Shown in pieces: positions 9,182 through 16,829 of a stretch of DNA of 32,000 nucleotides (the first letter of the stretch is position 1; the number at the start of each line of letters is the position of its first letter). The DNA comes from Balneolaceae bacterium UBA7797 (GTDB lineage: Bacteria > Bacteroidota > Rhodothermia > Balneolales > Balneolaceae). A model generated the notes under the pieces. That model was not told the DNA's origin. It saw only the letters and a program-made list of their open reading frames with translations, and did not search any database. Made by a program: the position numbers and the translations under genes. The DNA lies in assembly GCA_002480645.1 (NCBI GenBank), contig DLCN01000003.1, positions 276,355-308,354 on the forward strand, given 5' to 3'.

Positions 9182-11062
9182 TCAGTTTTCCTCTTTTACC
9201 AGTTCGCCTTTTTTATGAAGCTCCGCGTAATAACGGATAGACTTCATTAACATTGATTTGGCCGGATTGGTTGCTTTAATATCTTTGATCGGATTCTCCT
9301 GTAATTCCAACCGGATCAGGCGTTGCTCTCTGGAAGGTCGTACAGATAATATCCGGTCAAGGATTTTAGGTTCCAAACCTGCAACAGCTTCCAGTATAGT
9401 GCCTGTATTCAGTTCATTGGCAGCATGCTTAATGATCTCAATATCAAGATCCGGAATCTGTTCTATTGTGATGAATTGTTCTTTTAATGCTTCCGCAACC
9501 ACAGAGCCCGTAGCCTGGAGTTGCTCAATATATTGCCGCTGTTGGGTAACAGGAAGTTTTTCAAGAACCGGAAGGATGTTTTCGGTTCCTTTTCGTTCTT
9601 CTTTTTCCAGCTCGATCAATTCCATGGTTTTATCGAATAGCGAATTTGATATAACCCGATGCTGTTTATAGGTAAGATTATGTAGCGTAGCCATTTTTAA
9701 CATGATGTCAGCTACTCTGTCTCTGTCTAATTGATCCAGTATGGAAGCAGCCCGATATTCATCCAGATAATCAATGATCAGAGCTGCAGTTTGGGTATTC
9801 TCTGTTTTGAGCAATCTGAGAATAACTTTCTCAGATACGTGATCCAGAAAACGGAATAAATTAAGCTGGGAGTGTTTCTGCCTGTTTTCTGATTCACCTT
9901 TGTTACCACCCAGTAATTCGTTGAATTCTGTAGCTATTTGTTTTCGTTCTTCCGTACTGAGAGGGGGTAAGTTATCCAGAGCATCACTGATCGCCTGATA
10001 ATAATCCGGTCGTATATCTTTTTTCAGAGAACGAATAAGGTGTCGATCTACTGACGCAATGACCTGAGCGGCACGCCGGGCTCCCTGGTCCGCATGTTCA
10101 TCCATCCAGTATTCAAACAACAGAGAAATATCCTGTGGCTTATTGAAGAAATTCTGAATCAGAAGATCTACTTCATTCGCTTTATCCGGCTCTATAGTTT
10201 TCAGGATCACTGAATTTGAGGTCTGATCGTTTTTAACTTTTCCTTCAACAGTAAGATCACTTCTTAGATTGCTGCGCTGGGACCGGATTGTAGATTGATC
10301 GGTGGAAGATTTTCGGGTAAAGATGCGAGATATAACCAGAGCGATCAGAAACAATACAAAAAGAACCGCCAGAGGGATGTAATCATTAATGCTTTCAGCA
10401 AAAGTTTTTTCTACTTCGGGCTGATTATTCTGTTGAGGAAGTTGCGGGAGTTCCTGAGCCATATCATCCTGAAAATCAGGCATATTTAAGCGCCGAATGT
10501 TGATCACATCTCCACGATTATCATCTGTTTTAGCAGCGATACCTGTGATCAATCTCATAAATTCCAGTTCACGGGTGGTAAGAGATGAATCAGCATAAAT
10601 ATTAATTACCAGGCTATTCAGTTTAAGAGTACGAATGGTATTCTGATTCAGGATCTTTTCCGGATTATTCTCCACATTTTCATCCGGAAGAAGATTCTCT
10701 TCGGGTAAAAAAGGGAGTCCCGGCATGGTAATATTATTAGGTCGCTGCCTTATGACCTGATTTTGAGTAACGGTGAAGGTTTCGTCGACCATCTCGGCAC
10801 TGATATCAACATCTACAAAAAATGAGCGGGGGTCGAAATAATTGGAAAGTATCTGTAAGACCTGTGCATCGTAACGTTGTTCAAGGGTTGCAACTCTGAG
10901 TTCAAAAGAATCGGAAGTGGTTACATTTTCCCCGGTTTGGGCATAACTATTACCTCCAGCAAAAAGAATGATGAGAGTAAGAGCGAAAACCCAAAGTAAA
11001 TTACTGCTTAAGCCAAATCGTAAGTGCTTAAAATAGATGATTTTGCAATTATAGGTCGACAT
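9182..11062 (-). CDS. FliF(C-terminal)/FliG-like fusion: signal anchor, periplasmic RBM3-like FliF region, single TM, cytoplasmic FliG N/M/C-like domains
   Basis: Periplasmic LEQRYDAQVLQILSNYFDPRSFFVDVDISAE...SLVINIYADSSLTTRELEFMRLITGIAAKTDDNRGDVINIRRLNMPDF matches the C-terminal periplasmic region of FliF. TM at aa ~228-248 (nt ~10319-10381). FliG-N-like RHLIRSLKKDIRPDYYQAISDALDNLPPLSTEERKQIATEFNELL; FliG-M-like ENTQTAALIIDYLDEYRAASILDQLDRDRVADIMLKMATL (EHPQ-motif equivalent); FliG-C-like KEQFITIEQIPDLDIEIIKHAANELNTGTILEAVAGLEPKILDRILSVRPSREQRLIRLELQENPIKDIKATNPAKSMLMKSIRYYAELHKKGELV. Confidence 0.85.
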   Translation of the reverse strand: MSTYNCKIIYFKHLRFGLSSNLLWVFALTLIILFAGGNSYAQTGENVTTSDSFELRVATLEQRYDAQVLQILSNYFDPRSFFVDVDISAEMVDETFTVTQNQVIRQRPNNITMPGLPFLPEENLLPDENVENNPEKILNQNTIRTLKLNSLVINIYADSSLTTRELEFMRLITGIAAKTDDNRGDVINIRRLNMPDFQDDMAQELPQLPQQNNQPEVEKTFAESINDYIPLAVLFVLFLIALVISRIFTRKSSTDQSTIRSQRSNLRSDLTVEGKVKNDQTSNSVILKTIEPDKANEVDLLIQNFFNKPQDISLLFEYWMDEHADQGARRAAQVIASVDRHLIRSLKKDIRPDYYQAISDALDNLPPLSTEERKQIATEFNELLGGNKGESENRQKHSQLNLFRFLDHVSEKVILRLLKTENTQTAALIIDYLDEYRAASILDQLDRDRVADIMLKMATLHNLTYKQHRVISNSLFDKTMELIELEKEERKGTENILPVLEKLPVTQQRQYIEQLQATGSVVAEALKEQFITIEQIPDLDIEIIKHAANELNTGTILEAVAGLEPKILDRILSVRPSREQRLIRLELQENPIKDIKATNPAKSMLMKSIRYYAELHKKGELVKEEN

Positions 11063-11102
11063 ATTGTAATGTTAGCCGTTTACGAACTTCAATACCATAA
11101 AT

Positions 11103-14102
11103 TTATTCTAATGATCCGCCTATATTTATGATCTGATCCAGAGCTTCCATTTCAGGAATATAAATATCCGGATTAAATCTTACAGCCATATTCCAATTCT
11201 CTCTGGCGAGCTCTTTCTCGCCTTTCAAATAGTGGAGGCTACCCTTTAGAGCGTATCCTTGTGCCGTCTTGAAAATGTCCAGCGATTCGTTAACCAGATC
11301 CATCGCCTGTTCAATTCTTTTTCTGTAGAATGCATTCTGTGCCATAATGATCAAACGTAACGAACGGTCCAGATCATTAAGTAAAGACTCTCTGTATGCG
11401 ACCAATTCTCTGTCTGTTTCTAAACTTGCCATGATCGTTTGAAGCGTATCATTCAGCGCTTCCTGCTCTTCATCATAATCTTTTGGAACGATCAGAAAGT
11501 GTAAGCCTTCTATAAAGTCACCTTCAGATTTTGCCTCCACTTCAATATCCAGTTTTTCGGGGATGGTTCTGGAACCAAGAAGATTCAGCTGACTTTGATC
11601 GACGGTAAGTTCATATTTACCCGGAGGGAGTTCATAATCGTAAAAAGTACCATCCGTAAACGTTCTGATGTCTTTTCTGAAGTCATTTTCAGTACCAACG
11701 ATATGGATATTCAATCCTCCCTGAGGCTGGGTATGACCCTCTTCGTATAACCGCTCTACATTACCTTCAATAACGCCCGATAAATAAAAGGGGATATCGA
11801 TCTTCTTAAAGCTGTTCGGGTCGGTTACAAGCGAGAATTTTTCCAGTTCCGGAACCAGCATCGGATTATTCAGCGAAGCCTTCATCATTTCCATATTGTA
11901 CCGGTAATATGACTGCATCTGCGTGTAATAAAGTACTCCGTTCTTATAGATGGGGAAAGAGCCGGACCTTCCGATCCTCATCTTACCTTCTGGTATCAGG
12001 TTATCTTCTTCTTTATCGTACGTATGATTGTTATTGTTATCTACAAACATACGAATCGCAGTTCCTGATTTACCGACCTGATTTCTGCTCGTGATAATGA
12101 AATTCTTATAGTTACTGTCGTAACCCACCGATCCGCGGACATTTTGTGTGGCCGTATAACTTGTTGAATTGGTGGTAAAGGTGGTGGTAGTTCTTGCTTT
12201 ATTGAATTCAAAAATAAAGCCGATTCTGAAATTTGTATTCTGTGTAATGAAATTCTGCCCCAAAGAAACCTGAATTCGGCCGGTTTTCATAACACTTTTC
12301 GAGATCATCATTTCCATGGATTCAGATTGTTTCAAATACGGTCGGTATCTGTAAGTACCTCTGAAAAATGTCCCGATAAGGAAATCAGGGATCTTTTGTT
12401 CTCTGGTTAAACTATAGGTTACAGAACTGTTAACGGAGGCCGCACGAGTCATCTCCAAAGGGTTGAAGGTATCAATCAGTCTGTCACTGTAGCCCAGTCT
12501 TAAGTTCATTTTCTTAACACGAGTGTTCAGATCCAGTCTGTAGTTTGAAAAATTCTCGTTATCTCTGAAGCGGGTATAGGTAGAAGCCCTCACATTTAAC
12601 GGGAAATTGCCGATCCTGAAAGGATAAAATCCGCTTAAGCTGAGCTGACTACTATTTCCACCTTGATTATACAATCCGGATTGTGCAATAAAGTTTGTGT
12701 AATTAACGCTAAAACTGGAGCTGTTTGCGTATATGGCATTAATTCCGGACCTGAAAAATCCATTTGAGATAGCTTCCATGGTTACAATGTAATTTGTAAG
12801 CAGACGCCCTGATACTTTGGAAGTAATGCTGGGACCGGGATTGGAGACTAACCCGTCAAAATACTCAAATCCGGCTCCGGCTGTCAGCCAGTTTGTAACC
12901 CCCACAGTGGTTTTTCCCTGTACAGTATAATTGCGATCTTCAGATCCTATAAGTGAATTTTTTAGCCTTCCTGCGTTTAAGTGATAGGTGACTTCGCCTT
13001 TAGGATTAAAGTTGAATGGAACCTGTACACGTCTCGATTCCTGAATGATCTGTCCCGTAGGACCGTAAATTCTAAGGTCTAATTGTGAGGATCCATAATA
13101 TAACGGTGCAATAAAACGATATCTCCCCAGATCATCCGCTTTTTGAAAATCGATAAGTGAATTGTTTAAGTACAATTCTACTTCTGATTGTGGAGTCACA
13201 TAACCCTGAACTTCGTATTCATCAAAAAACTGACGGCTTTCAATGGGCTCATTAGTTAAACGCACACCAACATATTGCGAATTCAATGCTCCGTCCAGCG
13301 TATTGTCACCAACAGCTACTTTTGTTATTAGCGGTGTATCTCTGATAATATATCGCCAGCGTAGGTTATTAGTGGCGAAGGTCGAGAATTCCGAATTAAC
13401 TGCTGCAATTGTTGAACCCTGCAGATCCCCACCGGCTAATTGAAGACCAATGTTATTACTCATATTAAAGGTAGTAGAGCTTTGACTATTGATCGCAGAA
13501 ATGGAGTAGTCCATGAAGCCTCCATCAAATGCACTCCATTTCCGGTCAAATTCCAGTGGAAAGAATTCGGTGGTAGTTCGGTAACCACGTTGCATATTCT
13601 CTCTTTTTGCCGTTCTTACCGTTCTTTCGATACGTGGAATAGGAATATTGGTCTCCAGATCTAATGCAAGGTTATTGAAATCAACCGTAAAATTTAGCCC
13701 AAAGATATTTTTAAAAATGTCTGGATGTAAGAAATAGTCCAGCTCTTTGATCAGAACCTCTTCCGGTTTGATCTCTGTAGAGGTACCATCAAATGTAATT
13801 GTATAATTTTCAAGATCGATTCGATACGGAATCTGATCGAGCCCAAAATTTCCCTGGACTACCAGACCATTTACATTGGCTTCGAAATCGAGCGTAGAAA
13901 AAAGACCGTTAACAGGCAGGTAGAAAACATCGTCAAGGTAGTAAGAAGTGACGATGCTGTTAATTACACCACGGTGTCTGAATGCAAGATATACCTCGAA
14001 ACTATCATCCTCGTCTACCTGAGCAACACTGTTAACAGGAAACAGTAATCCAAGTAGCAGAGAAAGAATTAAATAACGGGCAAAATTGCATCTTACATTC
14101 AC
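11103..14102 (-). CDS. Usher-like outer-membrane beta-barrel protein (chaperone-usher family-like) with C-terminal carboxypeptidase-regulatory-like and TPR-like segments
   Basis: Signal peptide; VELYLNNSLIDFQKADDLGRYRFIAPLYYGSSQLDLRIYGPTGQIIQESRRVQVPFNFNPKGEVTYHLNAGRL (usher signature-like); long beta-rich barrel region; FVDNNNNHTYDKEEDNLIPEGKMRI; C-terminal TPR-like helices; start overlaps the chaperone stop (14099-14102). Confidence 0.8.
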   Translation of the reverse strand: MNVRCNFARYLILSLLLGLLFPVNSVAQVDEDDSFEVYLAFRHRGVINSIVTSYYLDDVFYLPVNGLFSTLDFEANVNGLVVQGNFGLDQIPYRIDLENYTITFDGTSTEIKPEEVLIKELDYFLHPDIFKNIFGLNFTVDFNNLALDLETNIPIPRIERTVRTAKRENMQRGYRTTTEFFPLEFDRKWSAFDGGFMDYSISAINSQSSTTFNMSNNIGLQLAGGDLQGSTIAAVNSEFSTFATNNLRWRYIIRDTPLITKVAVGDNTLDGALNSQYVGVRLTNEPIESRQFFDEYEVQGYVTPQSEVELYLNNSLIDFQKADDLGRYRFIAPLYYGSSQLDLRIYGPTGQIIQESRRVQVPFNFNPKGEVTYHLNAGRLKNSLIGSEDRNYTVQGKTTVGVTNWLTAGAGFEYFDGLVSNPGPSITSKVSGRLLTNYIVTMEAISNGFFRSGINAIYANSSSFSVNYTNFIAQSGLYNQGGNSSQLSLSGFYPFRIGNFPLNVRASTYTRFRDNENFSNYRLDLNTRVKKMNLRLGYSDRLIDTFNPLEMTRAASVNSSVTYSLTREQKIPDFLIGTFFRGTYRYRPYLKQSESMEMMISKSVMKTGRIQVSLGQNFITQNTNFRIGFIFEFNKARTTTTFTTNSTSYTATQNVRGSVGYDSNYKNFIITSRNQVGKSGTAIRMFVDNNNNHTYDKEEDNLIPEGKMRIGRSGSFPIYKNGVLYYTQMQSYYRYNMEMMKASLNNPMLVPELEKFSLVTDPNSFKKIDIPFYLSGVIEGNVERLYEEGHTQPQGGLNIHIVGTENDFRKDIRTFTDGTFYDYELPPGKYELTVDQSQLNLLGSRTIPEKLDIEVEAKSEGDFIEGLHFLIVPKDYDEEQEALNDTLQTIMASLETDRELVAYRESLLNDLDRSLRLIIMAQNAFYRKRIEQAMDLVNESLDIFKTAQGYALKGSLHYLKGEKELARENWNMAVRFNPDIYIPEMEALDQIINIGGSLE

Positions 14103-14926
14103 CGGATTGAGATCGTTTCTGAAGCAGTGACCGGATCCATCTGGATCAGATCATTTGAAGATAAATCTGGCCTTTGAGATTCAAACAGGGCAGATACACG
14201 GTAAGTGCCGGGAGCAAGGTCGGTAAGATCGAAATCCTGACGATAAACGCCATCGAAGTACATAGAGGTAGAAATGAAACTACGTCGTACTTCTTCTCCC
14301 GCCGGGTTAAACAAAGAAAGTGTAACTGAACCTAAAAAAGGAGAGTTTCCCGTTCTGTTATAATCCACCATAACAGCGAGACTTCCGTCATCATTTAAAG
14401 AAGAACGAATTCCTTCAATTTCAATTCCGGTTGAAACGTCTCCTTTTTTATAAAAAAGTCCGGTTACCTGTTCTACGGTTATACCAACAGTTGCACTAAC
14501 TACCTCAGAGGTTTGGAGCTCTAAGGGTGGTGCTTCCGGTGACGATTTTGTCTTGATTCTTGCCCAGTAGGTGCCATCATTCAGATCATTAGGAGGGGTT
14601 ACTCTTAAACGAACCATCTGGCGTTGACCCGGTGATAACGTGAAGTTCTGAGGGAAAGCTCTGATATAATCCGCAATAGAATATTGTTGCTGAACCAGGC
14701 TATCATCAACTACAGCAGAGCGGTTGCCATCGTTATCAGTACTGCTATAGGCAAAGAAAAAATCTATCGACACTTCCTGAGTTTGGTTTCCGCCATTAAC
14801 CACCATGTAGGACCCAAACCGTGAATTGGCATCAAGAAATAGATTTGTAGGGGCAATAGTAACCTGAGCAAAGGCTACAGAACCAAACAAAAAACAAGCA
14901 AAGACTGTAATTGATATTCGTTTCAT
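14099..14926 (-). CDS. PapD-like periplasmic fimbrial chaperone
   Basis: Signal peptide then VTIAPTNLFLDANSRFGSYMVVNGGNQTQEVSIDF...FPQNFTLSPGQRQMVRLRVTPPNDLNDGTYWARI; adjacent to the usher-like gene. Confidence 0.8.
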   Translation of the reverse strand: MKRISITVFACFLFGSVAFAQVTIAPTNLFLDANSRFGSYMVVNGGNQTQEVSIDFFFAYSSTDNDGNRSAVVDDSLVQQQYSIADYIRAFPQNFTLSPGQRQMVRLRVTPPNDLNDGTYWARIKTKSSPEAPPLELQTSEVVSATVGITVEQVTGLFYKKGDVSTGIEIEGIRSSLNDDGSLAVMVDYNRTGNSPFLGSVTLSLFNPAGEEVRRSFISTSMYFDGVYRQDFDLTDLAPGTYRVSALFESQRPDLSSNDLIQMDPVTASETISIR

Positions 14927-15017
14927 CGAATTTTTTTTTGTTTTAAAAACTAGGTCAATCTAATAAAAAATCAATTTCAGTGTTCAATTATTTATTAGTT
15001 GAAAAATCACCCCTAAA

Positions 15018-15048
15018 AAAAAAGTCTCACAAAATTGTGAGACTTTTA
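15018..15048 (-). terminator. Strong hairpin terminator downstream of the last DUF4402-like gene
   Basis: AAAAGTCTCACAA / TTGTGAGACTTTT perfect inverted repeat; on the - strand it is followed by a long T-run (TTTTTTTTTAGGGG). Confidence 0.88.
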
Positions 15049-15068
15049 AATTCTGTTTTACTGTTTGA

Positions 15069-15590
15069 TTATTGGTAATCAACAGTGATCGCGATATCGT
15101 CTCCACCAGTGTTTGAAGTAGAGTAGTTACCGGCAGTTTCAGTACCTGCGAAGTTGATAGTTCCACCAACATACACATCCAGAGTACCACCGGAAAGAGC
15201 AGTTGCGTGAGCACCATCACTATCAACAGTTGTGCCGTCAAAGATCTCAACATCCATAGTAGGTAGCGGAGTTGTTCCGTCGGTAAGAGTTGCAGATACA
15301 TCATAAGTAATATCGATTGCAGAGTTGCCAGTACCTGTAATGGTAATTCGACCGCGCTGAGAACCGGTTCCGGCACCAGCATCAACTCCGTCAGCACCTA
15401 CAGTAACGTTACCTGAAGTACCGGTTGCAATAGCACCGAAAGATACCGTATCAACTACAGTGATGTTAAGAGAAGCAAGAACGTTTGCAGCTGCACCAAC
15501 GTTGTCAGATGCACTTGTTTGAGCGAAAGCAGCAGTAGAAGCGATAGCAACTACAGCAAGAACAGCGAATATATTTTTGAAAGATTTCAT
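15069..15590 (-). CDS. DUF4402-like secreted subunit (probable major structural subunit)
   Basis: Start revised from 15641 to the internal ATG at 15590, giving MKSFKNIFAVLAVVAIASTAAFAQ, a clean signal peptide. LNITVVDTVSFGAIATG and C-terminal LDVYVGGTINFAG...GNYSTSNTGGDDIAITVDYQ. Confidence 0.8.
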   Translation of the reverse strand: MKSFKNIFAVLAVVAIASTAAFAQTSASDNVGAAANVLASLNITVVDTVSFGAIATGTSGNVTVGADGVDAGAGTGSQRGRITITGTGNSAIDITYDVSATLTDGTTPLPTMDVEIFDGTTVDSDGAHATALSGGTLDVYVGGTINFAGTETAGNYSTSNTGGDDIAITVDYQ

Positions 15591-15626
15591 AGTGTGTGGA
15601 CTAAGTGTTGTTTTGAGTTTCTGATA

Positions 15627-15654
15627 CAAAGTTAGGAGCAATCAGCAAATACAA
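15627..15654 (-). promoter_or_regulatory. Bacteroidota-type promoter: TTG-N17-TAACTTTG
   Basis: On the - strand: TTG TATTTGCTGATTGCTCC TAACTTTG, exact match to TTG-N17+-TAnnTTTG, ~36 nt upstream of the revised ATG at 15590. Confidence 0.7.
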
Positions 15655-15700
15655 CAAGTTAGATTCTATTAATCAATTTAGGGAGTTTTTAATGTACTCT

Positions 15701-16225
15701 TTAGTCATAAGAAACAATAAGTAAGGCCTCTCCGGAATAGCTTCCGTTTGGGATGTTTCCAATGTTAATTGCCCCTGTTACATATACAAATACATCTTTC
15801 CAGTAATCGGTATTTGCCCCTGTTGTGCTTGCAAAATTGGTCATGTTAATAAAGCCATAGTTATTTGCCAGTAATTTGGAATCAAAAGGGTCGTCCCCTG
15901 AATTGTTATAATAGATATTCAGATCCAGGGGAATATTATCTTCGATAGTAGGATCAGAATGGCTAAGTGCATCGGGATAATCTAATTCGATAGTAAGACT
16001 TTGAGTCCGGTAGGTTCTGATCTTGAATATTCCAAGACTGAGATCATCGAGACCAATTCTGGTAATTCCGGAGTTTGTGGTGAGCGTACCGAAATTTAAT
16101 TCCTGTTCCACCTCAATGGTCAATTCCGGTTCAACATCAATTTCGATATCTATGATCTGGGCGTTTACAAAGATGGGGCAAATAGACAGAATTATGAGAA
16201 CAGAAAAGAATCTTGCTCTAATCAT
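15701..16225 (-). CDS. DUF4402-like secreted subunit
   Basis: Signal peptide; VEVEQELNFGTLTTNSG; C-terminal YVTGAINIGNIPNGSYSGEALLIVSYD. Confidence 0.7.
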   Translation of the reverse strand: MIRARFFSVLIILSICPIFVNAQIIDIEIDVEPELTIEVEQELNFGTLTTNSGITRIGLDDLSLGIFKIRTYRTQSLTIELDYPDALSHSDPTIEDNIPLDLNIYYNNSGDDPFDSKLLANNYGFINMTNFASTTGANTDYWKDVFVYVTGAINIGNIPNGSYSGEALLIVSYD

Positions 16226-16820
16226 AACTTACCATGATTGTGATCTGACCCTCGTACGTTCCGGCATCAATTGAGCCCACATTCAATGCCCCATATATAT
16301 AGATGTAAGCTGTCTCGTTGTATAATGCCGGGTTATATCCGCTATATACCGGAGTAGGGGGCGGACCCGGTGGATTATTACCACGATATTTGATCGGGAA
16401 CTGAGCACTTGCAATATTTGAAGCTATACTCATTGTGATAGCCTGACTGGTATTATTGAGCCCTCTGTTTGCGTAAGCGGCATTCAATGTAAAGGGTAAC
16501 CGGCAACTGGGGTCACTTACACAGGCAAGATTTCCATTCAATAGCAGGTAGTCGTCGGCGGTGATATCCACAATAACATCTAAATACTTTACGCCTTCAA
16601 TAGACAGAACCTTGGCATCATTAATATCTTTTGAAACCATGCCTTCATTCATGATCACAATACCAAAATCAAGGTCAGAACCGGGAGACAAATCAGAGAG
16701 AGTCACTGAATAAGAAGAACTATATGAACCGAAGTCTATTTCCTGCGCATAACTATGGTTCAATGAAAAAACTACAAGTAGTACCAGATATATAAAAAGG
16801 ATATGTGGTTTTCTTGACAT
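16218..16820 (-). CDS. DUF4402-like secreted subunit
   Basis: Signal peptide ...FSLNHSYAQ; C-terminal IYGALNVGSIDAGTYEGQITIMVSYD, homologous in pattern to its neighbours; overlaps the next start by 8 nt. Confidence 0.7.
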   Translation of the reverse strand: MSRKPHILFIYLVLLVVFSLNHSYAQEIDFGSYSSSYSVTLSDLSPGSDLDFGIVIMNEGMVSKDINDAKVLSIEGVKYLDVIVDITADDYLLLNGNLACVSDPSCRLPFTLNAAYANRGLNNTSQAITMSIASNIASAQFPIKYRGNNPPGPPPTPVYSGYNPALYNETAYIYIYGALNVGSIDAGTYEGQITIMVSYD

Positions 16821-16829
16821 TATGATCTA

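Noticed and set aside
9258-9671. 137-aa + strand ORF antisense to the FliG-like region
   Set aside because: No recognisable motifs; the - strand frame has extended FliG-like similarity.
7834-11062. Part of an ordinary flagellar gene cluster
   Set aside because: No FlhA/B, FliI, FliM/N, rod, hook or flagellin genes in the window. FliF is reduced to its C-terminal part and fused to FliG. Flagellar genes elsewhere in the genome cannot be excluded.
14984-15397. 137-aa - strand ORF overlapping the DUF4402-like gene
   Set aside because: Out-of-frame Leu-rich shadow of the Ala/Thr/Val-rich subunit gene, reading through the terminator; no independent evidence.
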